64,000 nt of DNA from Candidatus Hydrogenedentota bacterium (GCA_963674865.2 CAXXYE010000009.1:1-64000), one strand, 5' to 3'. Positions 30,070 through 41,151 are shown, counted from the stretch's first letter. The notes: generated by a model not told the origin, from the letters alone. Numbers and translations: made by a program.

Positions 30070-30858
30070 ATGGAAATTGACTTGAGAGGCAAACTGGCTC
30101 TTGTTACGGGGGCAACAGGCAGGCTCGGCCGGAAGATGGTATCGACCCTCGCCGAGTGCGGCGCGGATGTTGTCATTAACTACCTGCGTAATGACAAAGA
30201 GGCCGCCGCGCTCCACCACGGCGCAACCGCCACGGGCCGGCGCGCCATGATCGTCCAGGCGGATGTCACGGACTTCGACGCAGTCAAAGCCATGCAGCGC
30301 CAGGTGGCTCAGGAGATGGGGACGCCGGATATCATCGTCAACAACGCCGTGATCCAGTACTCCTGGAAGAAGGTGCTCGAACAGGACATCGCCGATTACG
30401 AAAGCCAGTGGCGCTCGTGCGTCCTTCACAACGTGTTCATGACGAAGGCTTTTGTGCCTGCCATGATCGAGAGGGGGTGGGGGCGTGTCATCGGCATCAA
30501 TACGGAATGCTCTCTACAATGCTGGCCCGGACAATCGGCTTATACCAGCGGCAAGCACGGTATGAACGCCGTGTTGCAGGCGCTTGCGAAGGAGATCGGC
30601 CCCCACGGCATCACCGTCAACCAGGTGGCGCCTGGCTGGATGTATAGCGATCAGGAACGCGCCCAAGACGAGCAATCGGGCAAGTCCAGCCAGACAAGCG
30701 GGCCGTATCCTGCCGCCCTGCCCCTCAAGCATCGAGGGGACGACCAGGACATCGCGAACCTTGTTGCTTTCCTGGCCTCCGACCTCGCGAAGTTCATCAC
30801 GGGCGCCTTTATACCTGTCAACGGTGGAGGTCCCATCGTCCCCGCGTGGATGCAGTAG
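30070..30858 (+). CDS. Short-chain dehydrogenase/reductase (FabG-like)
   Basis: VTGATGRLG, VNNA, YTSGK, ITVNQVAPG. Confidence 0.93.
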   Translation: MEIDLRGKLALVTGATGRLGRKMVSTLAECGADVVINYLRNDKEAAALHHGATATGRRAMIVQADVTDFDAVKAMQRQVAQEMGTPDIIVNNAVIQYSWKKVLEQDIADYESQWRSCVLHNVFMTKAFVPAMIERGWGRVIGINTECSLQCWPGQSAYTSGKHGMNAVLQALAKEIGPHGITVNQVAPGWMYSDQERAQDEQSGKSSQTSGPYPAALPLKHRGDDQDIANLVAFLASDLAKFITGAFIPVNGGGPIVPAWMQ

Positions 30859-30905
30859 GCACTCCGCGCGCGGCCGGAGCGAGCAAAGCAAGACTGGGCG
30901 GCTAG

Positions 30906-32738
30906 CTACACGTCGCTCTCGTGTGCCTCCTCGCGTCTTGGAGCCGCCTCAAGCTCCTCGCGAAACTCCTGCATGGAACTCTGCGGGCGGCTGGATTCGC
31001 GCCAATGTTTAATCCCCCCGAGATCCGCCTTTGTGAAGAAATCTTCGATGGCGTTCTGATACCAGTCCTCGACGGAGCATTGCCTGTCCTCCGGGGCGAT
31101 CATCGCTATGAGGCGCGAAGCCATGCGGAGCTTGACGTAGTCCAGAGGGAGGCGCGCCTCTCGCACGCGCAACAGCAGCTCCGCGTCACCGGCTACCAAG
31201 CGCTCTGCCTCATCGAAAAGCGTCGTTGCTCTTGCCAGAACCTGCGGCGTCAGGTACGGCGCGCTGACGCCGGCCTCGAAGGGCTTGACGTGCAACGCGT
31301 GATAGTCGCGCCCCGCCACCTCTTCCTTAAGCAAGTCCAGGTACTCGCCGATGGGCCGTGAGGCCGGGCCGTAGAACGCGGATAGAAACTCCGTGATAGC
31401 CTTCCGCTCATCGTAACGCGGATTCCAAAGGAGCTTGGCCGTGAGATAGGCCTTCAGGTGGGCCATATCGCTGGTGGGAACATCGCCGCTGCCTTGCTCG
31501 AAGATTCCCCGCACGCCGTGCTCAATGAGGAAGCGGATATTCGGGCCGATGATGTGGAGATTCGGGAAAGGCATCAAGTACTGGCGGAAATTGACGATGT
31601 AGTCCCAGATGTAGATGCGCTTGGTGAGGCGAAACCAGTCTCGAATCGCGTCGCGGAGATCGGCGTTCTCGCGACACGTTTCATCGCCGATCACGTGGGA
31701 GCAACATGCCCCCGTCGTCAGGCGAACCACGACGTTGGGAAGCGGCTTGAGATTCTTTGGCGCCTTCCGGCTGTAACTGTAGGCGAATGTGTCGATGGCC
31801 ACGTCCGGGTGCTCATCGGCGATTGCTTCGGCGATCCGGTTGACGAAGTAGATGATGGGCGCCGAGTGGGCGCCGCCCTCGCGCGCCTCGAGCGCGGCGC
31901 AATGCTCGCACTCGCACCAGCCGCCGGGCCCGTCGTTCTGCGATACTGAGATGATCTTTGCCTCGGGATGCTCCTCAATCCACTCCTTCACCGTCGCGAT
32001 CGCCTGCTGGATCATGGCTTCATTCGTCAGGCACAACTGCGTGCGCGTGTACCGGCCTACCAGCGTGCGTTCACCATCCACAAGCGAGAACCACTCCGGA
32101 TGCGACTCAAAGAACGTGTCCGGCGGGATCAGTGCCCAGAAGGAGTGGCCGAATGGATAAAACTTGAATTGGCCGCCGTACGCATCCGTCAGGCTCCATG
32201 TCCCGTTCACGCGGTTGCGTGCCGCCCATTCGGGGTCGCGGGCGTCGAAGAAGAACGCATCCCGATACTCAAGCGCCGGGACTTGCCGTTCGTCAATGGC
32301 CCCAACTTCGATCCGAGGGCATCGCGGGATATGGCTTACGGTAGAGGTGAACCAGCGGCAACCGAGGTATTCCTCGAGAAACGCGTACACGCCGTACATT
32401 GTCCCTCGCAGGCGTCCGCCTGCTATCACCAGGTGCGGCGCGACGGTGCGGATGATGAATCCCTCGTCTCCCAGGCTTGGCCAGTCGACCTCGACGCCCG
32501 ACGCGCGTAGGTGCGCGTTGTCGCCAAGCATAATCTCGCAGTCTCCCGGCACCTCGGCGTCAGTAGTGATCGGGAGGCGCACACCAGAGATCTGCTCGAG
32601 AAACGCCTGCAACTCGCTCGCCGCGCGCTGCTCCGACGGCGAGGCCGACTCCGCGATGACGATGCGGTATGCGCTCGCCCCCTTATCCGCCAACACCAGC
32701 GCTGGATCTGCCGGAATATTGTCTTCCTTCATCATCAC
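30906..32738 (-). CDS. DUF4838-family glycoside-hydrolase-like protein
   Basis: GTMYGVYAFLE, HPEWFSLVDG, QLCLTN, SQNDG, IYIWDY, AKLLWNP. Confidence 0.85.
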   Translation of the reverse strand: MMMKEDNIPADPALVLADKGASAYRIVIAESASPSEQRAASELQAFLEQISGVRLPITTDAEVPGDCEIMLGDNAHLRASGVEVDWPSLGDEGFIIRTVAPHLVIAGGRLRGTMYGVYAFLEEYLGCRWFTSTVSHIPRCPRIEVGAIDERQVPALEYRDAFFFDARDPEWAARNRVNGTWSLTDAYGGQFKFYPFGHSFWALIPPDTFFESHPEWFSLVDGERTLVGRYTRTQLCLTNEAMIQQAIATVKEWIEEHPEAKIISVSQNDGPGGWCECEHCAALEAREGGAHSAPIIYFVNRIAEAIADEHPDVAIDTFAYSYSRKAPKNLKPLPNVVVRLTTGACCSHVIGDETCRENADLRDAIRDWFRLTKRIYIWDYIVNFRQYLMPFPNLHIIGPNIRFLIEHGVRGIFEQGSGDVPTSDMAHLKAYLTAKLLWNPRYDERKAITEFLSAFYGPASRPIGEYLDLLKEEVAGRDYHALHVKPFEAGVSAPYLTPQVLARATTLFDEAERLVAGDAELLLRVREARLPLDYVKLRMASRLIAMIAPEDRQCSVEDWYQNAIEDFFTKADLGGIKHWRESSRPQSSMQEFREELEAAPRREEAHESDV

Positions 32739-32881
32739 GCTCCCTCATTGCGGCACACAAGCCTTGGCAACTCGCCGCATCATAGCCGGGGGCAGCGCAA
32801 GGCGGCAACTAGCGTTCCTGCCCTCTCTTCAGCAAGACGCCCGTTCTTGTCCGAGTGTTCATCAGCGGCCGAGTCTACGTC

Positions 32882-32910
32882 TTGACGCTCACATGGCCCA
32901 GTGCTAGAGT
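32882..32910 (+). promoter_or_regulatory. Sigma70-like promoter upstream of the sulfotransferase
   Basis: TTGACG, 17 nt, TAGAGT with an extended -10 TG. Confidence 0.5.
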
Positions 32911-33041
32911 GCCGTTAGCCGGGGTGATTGAGCATAAACCGCCAACGAGTGGGCCGCGATCTGGCCTAGTGTGAATCGTCGGGCCACCATACTTTGGCCT
33001 TTTTCTGAGACGTCAGTTGAGTAAGCAGGGAGTCGTCGCTG

Positions 33042-33776
33042 GTGGTAATCTTGAGCGCAGGAATGCAGAAGTCAGGCAGTGCGTACTTCTACAACGTCAT
33101 CAATGAGTTGGTGATCAGAACCGGGGGCAAGGACGCCCGCGATGTTAAGGCCGCACACGGCCTGGATCGCGTGATGCAATGGCACAACAACAATATCGGT
33201 AAGCTGTCCTTGGCCAAACTCATCAAGTTGTGGCGAGTCAGTCTTGAAGCAGGGACGTTTGTCGTCAAGACGCATAAGGGGCCGAGTCTGGCGACCTCGG
33301 CGCTCAACAGGCTCCGCCTCATCAAGGTGATCTACGGCTACCGCGACCCACGCGACGTCCTGCTTTCCGCCATCGATCATGGGAAAAGGATATTGGACAC
33401 CGGCGGTGATCCCACGTTCGCCAGGATGGTGGATTTCGACACGGCCGTGCAAGAGGTCGAGAGCTGGCTGAGGATCTGGAAGCGATACGCGGCAATGCCG
33501 GGAATTCTGATGCTCAGGTATGAGGATATGGTCGATAATGCGCCGGAAACGGTTCAAGCGATTGAGCAGTTCCTCGGCCTGTCAATCGGTTCCGAAGAAC
33601 GGCAGGAGATTCTCTGGAAGTACTCGAGAAGCAATCCCGATGGCGATCGAACGGCCATGCACTTCAACAAGGCCAAGACGTTTAGATACAAGACTGAGAT
33701 GACGCAAGAGCAGAAGGCGAAGTGCCAAGCGGCGTTCGGTGAGTATCTTGCCTCTATGCGCTATGAGGTCGAATAG
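33042..33776 (+). CDS. PAPS-dependent sulfotransferase-domain protein
   Basis: AGMQKSGS (5'-PSB), VVKTH, YRDPRDVLLS (3'-PB), LRYEDM, FLGL. Confidence 0.87.
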   Translation: MVILSAGMQKSGSAYFYNVINELVIRTGGKDARDVKAAHGLDRVMQWHNNNIGKLSLAKLIKLWRVSLEAGTFVVKTHKGPSLATSALNRLRLIKVIYGYRDPRDVLLSAIDHGKRILDTGGDPTFARMVDFDTAVQEVESWLRIWKRYAAMPGILMLRYEDMVDNAPETVQAIEQFLGLSIGSEERQEILWKYSRSNPDGDRTAMHFNKAKTFRYKTEMTQEQKAKCQAAFGEYLASMRYEVE

Positions 33777-33833
33777 GAGCCACCTGCCGTTGGAAGGCGC
33801 CGACGCTCTGTCGAGGTACCTGCTTGGTGACGC

Positions 33834-34919
33834 CTACATCTTGTATTCCGCGACCAGTTCGCTAACGAGGCGGACGCGCTCGATGTCGCCCACGGGGGAA
33901 ATCTCGTCCGAGATGCCGAGGACGAGGTTGGGTGCGAAGTACTCGCAGCACTTGCGCGTGTTCTCGATGAGGCTTTCGATGGGCTCCGTTGTCAAGAAGT
34001 CCGTGCAGGGGATGCCATCGACCATAATCAGATCGCCGAGGGCGTCACGAACCTGTTCGAGGGTGACATCGCCCTGAGGCACGGGGGTGATGGCTTCGTA
34101 GCCGTCGAAGCCGCAGTCCCGGGCGAAGGGCAGCAGCGTGCCGCAGTCGCCGTCCCAGTGCGGATACGTCTTCTTGCCGCCGGCGTGAAGGCGTTCATTT
34201 CGTCGGATGTATTCGGGCTGGACCCATTGCTTGAACACGGGCGGCGGGCAAAGGGCTTGGTGGACATTGTCGCCGAAGTTGACGATCTCGATGGGACACT
34301 CGGCCACCACGTCGAGAAGGGGATCGTCGGCCTCGTTGATGGTGCGAATCAGGTGCTCCATCTCTTTCGGATAGAGGTAGAGCGCCGTCAGGCCGTTCTC
34401 GAATCCCATGAATTCGATCAGGATCCGCATGACATTGACCCGGAAAATGTAAATCGAAGGCGCGGCGCGGTCACCGATTCGTTCCAAGCCCTCGCGGAGC
34501 CGCTCATCGTCGAACCAAAACCGCTGGTGCTGGACCACCCATTCGACGACCTTCATATCGTCCGGCGTGACAACGGGGAATTTTTTCGTGTGATGGGCCT
34601 GCTCCGTTCTTTCAAGGATATGAACGAGGTCGCCGACGGGCGTGTGCCGGGTAGTGATTTCCAGGTTGCCCTCGATCCGTTTCTCCTCGGTGATTTCGAC
34701 GGTTGACTCATGCCGAATGCACCGGTTGAAGGCCCAATACGGACGCACGGAGCAGCCGAGGTCGTCAAAGACCTCGAGGAGTTCCATGTCGCGGTATCGC
34801 TCGGGCAGTGTTCCCTCGCGCTTGTTGGTGTGGTACCAATGCTCGATACGCGGTTGCCACAAGATACCGTCTACGGGTTCGCGTCGAAAGATCTTGCTGT
34901 TCAGTTCGGCGAAAGTCAT
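33834..34919 (-). CDS. Uroporphyrinogen decarboxylase/MtaA-CmuA family protein
   Basis: NFGDN, HWDG, EAITPVPQGD, LGISDEI. Confidence 0.8.
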   Translation of the reverse strand: MTFAELNSKIFRREPVDGILWQPRIEHWYHTNKREGTLPERYRDMELLEVFDDLGCSVRPYWAFNRCIRHESTVEITEEKRIEGNLEITTRHTPVGDLVHILERTEQAHHTKKFPVVTPDDMKVVEWVVQHQRFWFDDERLREGLERIGDRAAPSIYIFRVNVMRILIEFMGFENGLTALYLYPKEMEHLIRTINEADDPLLDVVAECPIEIVNFGDNVHQALCPPPVFKQWVQPEYIRRNERLHAGGKKTYPHWDGDCGTLLPFARDCGFDGYEAITPVPQGDVTLEQVRDALGDLIMVDGIPCTDFLTTEPIESLIENTRKCCEYFAPNLVLGISDEISPVGDIERVRLVSELVAEYKM

Positions 34920-34923
34920 GAGG

Positions 34924-36003
34924 TCACTCCTTACCTCGGCCGTCAAACCAAAACGTGCGGAATTCCTCGAATGCGCAAGCCAGGGCGTCGATGTTTTCAG
35001 GCGTTGTCGGCGGATAAATGCCGACGATGAGTTCGAGTCCGCCCTTCGTCGAGCCCAAGGTGCGGACCTCCTCCTCGACGAGTTCACCGATTTCCTGGCG
35101 GGTGCCGTAAGGGACAATGGTTTGGCGGTCGACATCGAGGCGAATGCAAACACGGCCCTTGAACTCGCGGCGCAGGTTGTCGATGCCGTTGACAAGATCC
35201 TGTGGGTTGATGATGGTGACGCCGGCCATCATGAGGTCGTCGATCAAGTCCATGATATAGCCGTCGCTGTGCATCATGACGTGGCATCCGGCCTCCCTAC
35301 AAGGCTGAAGGAGTTTCTCGTAACTCGGCTTGCAGTACTTGCGGAACATCTCGGGGCTGATGATCGAGGTCGTCTGCGTGCCAAGGTCCTCGCCGATGCT
35401 CATCACGTCGATGCCTATGTCCAGGTACCGATCTACGATGGCGCGGTTATGCGCGTAGAGGGCGTCGATGAGTTGCCATAGCAGCGGCTCCTCGGTGGCC
35501 ATGTCGACCATCATGTTCTCGAAGCCGCGGAGATAGGTGAGGCGCATGAAGAAGAAGCCGTGGGGCAATCCGCCGGAACGCAGATCGCCGCGTTCAAGGG
35601 CTTCGCGCATGCGACGCCGCGTATCTTCCCAATCGGCGGGCCGGCCCCAGTCGTCCACGTCGAGCGGATTGGGCGCCTGCCAGCTATCCCAAGCGTCCCA
35701 TGTCAGTAAGGGATGCTCAACCGCGACGGGGGCGATGCCGCTCATGCTCGTTTCCCATGCGCATCCCCACGCGTCCTTTTCGCGGACGCCCTTCGTATGG
35801 CCCGGGCCGAACTGAAAGCTATCCCAGTCCCGCTTGCCCTTCTCGAAATTCGGCCAGAAGACGGGATGGCGTGCGACGACATCTTCGAGTTTGTCCCGCC
35901 ACATATCCCACGAGGCGCCGCTGATGCAGAAATGGATGGGCATGAACTCGGGATACTGAAATGAAGCGTTGCGGAGATAGTTCTCGCGATTCGTAAGAGC
36001 CAT
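34924..36003 (-). CDS. Uroporphyrinogen decarboxylase/MtaA-CmuA family protein
   Basis: DAWGCAW, YLRGFENMM, GEDLGTQ, HSDG, DVDRQ, TPENI. Confidence 0.87.
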   Translation of the reverse strand: MALTNRENYLRNASFQYPEFMPIHFCISGASWDMWRDKLEDVVARHPVFWPNFEKGKRDWDSFQFGPGHTKGVREKDAWGCAWETSMSGIAPVAVEHPLLTWDAWDSWQAPNPLDVDDWGRPADWEDTRRRMREALERGDLRSGGLPHGFFFMRLTYLRGFENMMVDMATEEPLLWQLIDALYAHNRAIVDRYLDIGIDVMSIGEDLGTQTTSIISPEMFRKYCKPSYEKLLQPCREAGCHVMMHSDGYIMDLIDDLMMAGVTIINPQDLVNGIDNLRREFKGRVCIRLDVDRQTIVPYGTRQEIGELVEEEVRTLGSTKGGLELIVGIYPPTTPENIDALACAFEEFRTFWFDGRGKE

Positions 36004-36099
36004 GGCAGCACCTCGGATCTTCGCGGCGTTCTCGCCAAAATTGCGGGGATTCTAACACGCGCCCGCAGGCGATGGTAGCAAACGAGCATATCGCATCAT

Positions 36100-37944
36100 C
36101 TATGGGGCGGGCTCGTTCGGCAATGGCGCATTGCCCACCAGGCACAGGCGCTTCGACGTGAAAGGCCCCATCAGCACCCGCACATCGGGTGGGGCATTCG
36201 CCAGCATGGGATCGAGGAAGCGTTCGCGGACAACATAGTAGTAGGGCGCCTCGCCTGTCAGTTTGGCAACAACCACGCCTGGGGCGATCTCGACAGGGAT
36301 GGGCGTCCCTGCGTAGAAGGCGAAGGCGGGGGCGACCTTCGCGGCGGCGACGTCGTGTCCTTCGCGCACGAGGCGGCCGGTGAAGGTCGCCAGTTTCTTC
36401 GGGGAGTTATCGCCCGTGTAGTGGTAGGCGCGGCTGAGAAGTCCCGTGAGGGTAGCGCACAAGGCCATGAAGAATACCAAGTGTAGGCGCGCCTTTCGGC
36501 TTCTCAGAGCCCACAAGCCGAAGGCGATGACCCCGCCGCATAGGCACCAAGTTTCCGCAAGCAGCGGGAACACGGGCTGCTCGATACTCACGTAGATGAT
36601 GCCGCCTACCGCAGCCACCGGTAGGATGATCAGGACCACGTTGCACCACCACCGCCTGTAGGTTTCTGCCCACTTCTCGGCCAGCGGTTGGCCGAAAGAA
36701 GCCAGATGGAATCCGGTGGGAATGAGCAAGAAGGGCATCGCCGGCAGGACGTACTCGTATTCCTTGCCCGCGATGAGCGAGAAAAGCACCACGCTTGCCC
36801 AGCCGAGCACACATGCGAACCGGTAAACATCGGGCTCGCGCCGCCATTCGCTCTTTGTAAAATGAAGCGGCAGCAGAAAGCCCCATGGGGCCAGAAGAGC
36901 GGGCATGGCGAGAATGTAGTAGAAGGGTGAGCCACTGTTGATCCGGGAGGCGGTATACGTTCGCTCAACGACTTGGCTTTGGAGCAACGCCTGAATGTAG
37001 GGCCAACCCTTGCGGTGGAGCACGGCGATTCCCCATGGCGCCGCCACGCAGCATCCTACGGTGACTACGGCGGCCAGCGTGCCCAGGTCGCGCGCGCGAC
37101 GCTCCGGCCCGTGCCGCCAAGCCAGTGCAATCCAGGCCGCCGCTACCAAGGCCAGGCCGACGGGCAACGATACCGCCTTGAGCACGGTGGGATTCCTTGT
37201 GAGCAGGCTCAGGGCCATAGCGAGCAGGCTCAGGACGAACTGAATGCCGAGACTCAGAAGGCCCCATTGAATGCCGCTGCGAACGGTTCTGTCTGGCTCC
37301 GCCCCGGCCAAGGCCATATGGGCGAGCCACGCGGCGCCGACAAACAGCAGCGGCGCAGGGCCCTTGAGCAGGATGGCCATTCCCAAAGATACGCCCGCCG
37401 CCAGTGTCAGGCCGAAACGTCGCGGCTGTTCTTGGGCGCGCAAGGCCGCGGAGAAGGCCGCCACGGTGAGGAACACCGTGAATGTGAGAGGCACGTCCAG
37501 TTGGGCGAGGCGGGCACGTTCGAGCACGTAGGGAGAGGCTAGCGTGGCGCAAGCGGCCCACCGTGCCGGCATCTCGCCGCCTCGTTGCCGGACAAGGAAG
37601 TAGACGCCAAGCACAAGGCCGATGCCGCACAAGGCGGACGGCGTGCGTGCGATGAGTGGCGATACGCGCCCCGTCAACCGGTAGAGCCCGGCGATGGCCC
37701 AGTAGAGCAGCGGCGGTTTCGCCAGGTAGTCCGTGCCGTTGAGGGTGGGCACAATGACGTCGTGAGAGCGAAGCATCTCGGCCGGCGGGGCGGCACGCTG
37801 CCCCTCGTTGTCCGAGATGATATCCATGCGGCCAAGTTCGAGAAGCGTGGCACAACACGCCAGGGCAAGCAGCACCAGCCAGAAATAGCTGCGCGATCCT
37901 ATCTGGGCCGCGCCGCCCGCCTGTAATTGAACGCCATCACCCAT
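36100..37944 (-). CDS. ArnT/PMT (GT39/GT83-like) membrane glycosyltransferase
   Basis: NEGQR..EML, PTLNG..KPPLLYW, ARTPSA, LLKGP and many TM helices. Confidence 0.87.
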   Translation of the reverse strand: MGDGVQLQAGGAAQIGSRSYFWLVLLALACCATLLELGRMDIISDNEGQRAAPPAEMLRSHDVIVPTLNGTDYLAKPPLLYWAIAGLYRLTGRVSPLIARTPSALCGIGLVLGVYFLVRQRGGEMPARWAACATLASPYVLERARLAQLDVPLTFTVFLTVAAFSAALRAQEQPRRFGLTLAAGVSLGMAILLKGPAPLLFVGAAWLAHMALAGAEPDRTVRSGIQWGLLSLGIQFVLSLLAMALSLLTRNPTVLKAVSLPVGLALVAAAWIALAWRHGPERRARDLGTLAAVVTVGCCVAAPWGIAVLHRKGWPYIQALLQSQVVERTYTASRINSGSPFYYILAMPALLAPWGFLLPLHFTKSEWRREPDVYRFACVLGWASVVLFSLIAGKEYEYVLPAMPFLLIPTGFHLASFGQPLAEKWAETYRRWWCNVVLIILPVAAVGGIIYVSIEQPVFPLLAETWCLCGGVIAFGLWALRSRKARLHLVFFMALCATLTGLLSRAYHYTGDNSPKKLATFTGRLVREGHDVAAAKVAPAFAFYAGTPIPVEIAPGVVVAKLTGEAPYYYVVRERFLDPMLANAPPDVRVLMGPFTSKRLCLVGNAPLPNEPAP

Positions 37945-38049
37945 ATTTTCCCGACGCCTCCCTGTGGCGCGGTTTAGACTCACGATCCTCGCTAGAGTAT
38001 ACGCAGGTTCCGTGCGCAAAGTCAGCGGTTGAAGGCCGGCGGCGATTTG

Positions 38050-40926
38050 TCACAGCAATGGCTGGTCTTTCCGGTTCTCATCGCTTTGGGAGGCATAGCG
38101 CGGGAGGACCTGCACGGCGCTTGACGCGGTGACGCCGGACAGGACGTCCGTAGCTGTAATGGCCATTGGGGCCGTTCTTTCGTTGAGGGCAAGCGGGATG
38201 CTGGCCTTGCCGGCGCCCCCCGGGCACGTGATGTTCCGTGCATAGTAAGGCAACGGCTCGCCTCCATGAGGAGCCAACTCTATGTGGATGATGTGGTCGC
38301 CAGGCAGATCGCCGCGCGTACGGACGTTGAGCCGAATGAGCAGCCACTGGCCTTGGTGGAGCGTTTCCGGAACATCGAGATCGATTCCGGACACTTCGTA
38401 GGGCAAGGCAGCATAGAGCCCGGCTTCGCCGGGCTCGAGGCGGCGCCGGACGCTGTTTGAAAGGGTGTTCTCGTCTTCGGCAAGGATGTCGTAAGTGAAG
38501 CCTTCGCGCCCCAGCGACAGTTTCAAGGCGCCGGACTTCTCCGCTGCATCAGGTTTGCGCAAGAAGGCAGCGATGTGAGCCCTGCCGAAAATGTAATTGT
38601 AATGCTCGCCATCGAACTCGCCATCGCCAGCCACGTGCGGCCACTCGGCAGGGACGTTGCGTGTTACGTCAGCCTGGGCCGCATCTGGGGGGGGGACAGA
38701 AAGCGCGGCAACGCGCTCGGACCTCATGAGTAGCGCGGCTACTCCGGCCCGGAGCTTAAGGCTTGTCTCGCCAACGGCCTCGAGCCACGACGTCGGACAT
38801 CCATCCGGGAGCAGGGGTGCGGAACCTCCCGAGAGAGCAGTGCCATATGCGTCCCCAAGCCAAAGCCCGGCAAATTGGTTCAAGGTTGTGTACCAGACAG
38901 CCCAGCGGGCGTATGCCGACCCATCCGGCGAGAAGGATGGACGCAGCCATATCCGACATCCCCGCGGCATCTGCCGGGAGGTCCGTAGGCGCGCCAGGGC
39001 GGCCGGCTCAAGGGGCACGAGGGCGAAATCGCAGCTTGTTGTGGCGGGATATACGCCCACTCCAGGGGCGCCGGCCTCCGCCGGCAAGAGCAAGCCAAGC
39101 CGAGCCGCAGCATCCTCGGCCCGCAGAACATCCCCAGCGTCACGGAAGGCCGCAGTGGCGCTTAAATTACCGAGGAGACCATCGAGGACATAATGCGCCT
39201 GAGCCGCCAACCAGGGATCCCGCAAAGCACGGCGCAGTCTCTCTGAGAGTTCCCGCGGGGCGGCCTCGTTTATGTGAGGGAAGGGACACAATCCGAGACG
39301 GGCAACCGCGGCGGCGGACACGGGATCGTCTTCTACGAGAACCTTATCCACGCCCAGACCCGCCAGCGTTTTGAGGAATCCACGCGCGTTCGGCTCTTCC
39401 GGAGCGGGGCCGCCGACGAGAAGGCTGAAGGCGTCATCGTTGTGCGGCATCCGAACCGGAAGCCAGCAGGAGGCGCGCGCGCCGTATTGCAGGGCCACCT
39501 CCGAAACCATGTTGTCCAGCGGCGCCAAGGCGTATGCCTCGATCTTGAGAGAGGGTGCGAGCAGGCCCACAGGACTGAGTGGCAGCGCTACGTGTCCGCC
39601 TGTCGACGGGATGGTAAGACGTGCCTCCGCGACGACTCGCCCGTGTGGATCGACAGCGCGGGCGCCGGCCATGCACGGCTGAGGGCGAAACTCGTTGGGC
39701 CGGATATCGAAGGTTACCTCGAAGGCGTCATTCGGCAGGAGCGCGGTCTTGGAGACGGCGAACCCTTCGATCTCGGGCCACCCTTGGATGGATACAGGTT
39801 CCGTATACCAATCGCTTACCCCCTTCTTCTTGAGAAGCCAGACGTCGACGAGATAATCGCCGGGGCCGCAACTCACCTGAATCGGGTATGAAGTACGACC
39901 TTTTCGCACCGGCGCATCCTCGTAGGTGTATTTGATGGCCCACCCACTCAAAGGATTGCGAACCTGGACACGCACGTCATACTTGCTATCTGCCGCCTGG
40001 TTGAATCGCATTGCGTAGGATTTGCTGAGTGGGCCGACGAAGGCGTCCTCCAAATACCTGGAGCCGAGCCACGGCGTTCCCGGGGGCGGCGCCGCGTCCT
40101 CGTCGGGAAGGGGCGAGTCCAACGGCTGGACATCATCGATGCGCGTGTTCGACTCTCGACCCCCAGCCCAACATATGGCGTGGGCCGCAAGGGAATAGAA
40201 GTCTTCCGAGTACTTATCATTGAGCCCGTATCCCATTGGGGATACGGGCACCACGAAGTGTGTTTTCGGCGGCGGTCCGGCGTAGTCGAGCATCACGACA
40301 CGGCCCTGGCCATACAAAGATGTCTTCACCTGCCGCGGATCCGGGAGTCCCAAAGGCAGAGGCATCCCATTGACGGAAAGTCCCAGGGCGGGCGTCAATT
40401 CCGGCGGCGCAAGCGATGCACAGAGTTCTTCGAGCGCGGGACAGGTCTCGCCGCCGAATCGGGCCAGGACAAGTCCCGTTCCCGAGGCGACGTGTTCGAG
40501 CAATACCTTCCGCGCTTCTTCGGGCAGGATATCCCACCTGAAGTTGCCCGCAATAATCACGTCGTGTCGGCCTTGCAGCGCTTCGGCGAGTGCGGCGGAT
40601 GCGTCTTCCTCCGGGATGCCTTGGGAATCGCCCGATGGACCTTGCAGAGAGTCCGAAGCCCAAATGGGCACGGCCACATAACCGAGTTCGATGCGCTGGG
40701 CGAGTTCGACCACATCGCGCAGCGTATTGCGTGGCGCGATGACGAGGGCATCTACGGGGCCGCCCGCCAAGGGAATGGCCCATGGTACATGAGGCGAGGT
40801 CTTCTCCAGTGTAAGCCGGGCCCCGGCCTGAGGCTCCTTGGCGACTGAGGCCAGTGTGACTGCGGCCAAGGCCACGATGAGGCGGGACGCAAGAAACGCG
40901 GATTGTTTTGGGGGCCGATGGGCCAT
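38050..40926 (-). CDS. Large secreted hypothetical protein (beta-galactosidase/GH42-associated-like architecture)
   Basis: Signal peptide; PHVPWAIPLAGGP..RDVVELAQR N-terminus; Ig-like C-terminus (IPLALNE..ATDVLSG). Confidence 0.55.
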   Translation of the reverse strand: MAHRPPKQSAFLASRLIVALAAVTLASVAKEPQAGARLTLEKTSPHVPWAIPLAGGPVDALVIAPRNTLRDVVELAQRIELGYVAVPIWASDSLQGPSGDSQGIPEEDASAALAEALQGRHDVIIAGNFRWDILPEEARKVLLEHVASGTGLVLARFGGETCPALEELCASLAPPELTPALGLSVNGMPLPLGLPDPRQVKTSLYGQGRVVMLDYAGPPPKTHFVVPVSPMGYGLNDKYSEDFYSLAAHAICWAGGRESNTRIDDVQPLDSPLPDEDAAPPPGTPWLGSRYLEDAFVGPLSKSYAMRFNQAADSKYDVRVQVRNPLSGWAIKYTYEDAPVRKGRTSYPIQVSCGPGDYLVDVWLLKKKGVSDWYTEPVSIQGWPEIEGFAVSKTALLPNDAFEVTFDIRPNEFRPQPCMAGARAVDPHGRVVAEARLTIPSTGGHVALPLSPVGLLAPSLKIEAYALAPLDNMVSEVALQYGARASCWLPVRMPHNDDAFSLLVGGPAPEEPNARGFLKTLAGLGVDKVLVEDDPVSAAAVARLGLCPFPHINEAAPRELSERLRRALRDPWLAAQAHYVLDGLLGNLSATAAFRDAGDVLRAEDAAARLGLLLPAEAGAPGVGVYPATTSCDFALVPLEPAALARLRTSRQMPRGCRIWLRPSFSPDGSAYARWAVWYTTLNQFAGLWLGDAYGTALSGGSAPLLPDGCPTSWLEAVGETSLKLRAGVAALLMRSERVAALSVPPPDAAQADVTRNVPAEWPHVAGDGEFDGEHYNYIFGRAHIAAFLRKPDAAEKSGALKLSLGREGFTYDILAEDENTLSNSVRRRLEPGEAGLYAALPYEVSGIDLDVPETLHQGQWLLIRLNVRTRGDLPGDHIIHIELAPHGGEPLPYYARNITCPGGAGKASIPLALNERTAPMAITATDVLSGVTASSAVQVLPRYASQSDENRKDQPLL

Positions 40927-41151
40927 GGTGCTCGCTTGCCTTGTTCCTACCTCGATGCTGCTCTCAGGTAGTTTAGCAGACGGTGGCTTGTCCTGCCCGC
41001 ATCCCTGCGGCAGCGCCATTGAATTGGCCAGAGATCAGAGGGCAAAGACGCTGGAAAATCCACGGTTGTTGGCGTATGGTGTTGTTGTCGATTCCCGGAG
41101 GCATTTTTCCGGCAAAGACAGCAGTCAGAGTAGTGAGGTGCGTGGAACACC

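Noticed and set aside
33790..33815. Weak hairpin CGAC-GCTCT-GTCG between convergent genes
   Set aside because: Too short to call a terminator or REP.
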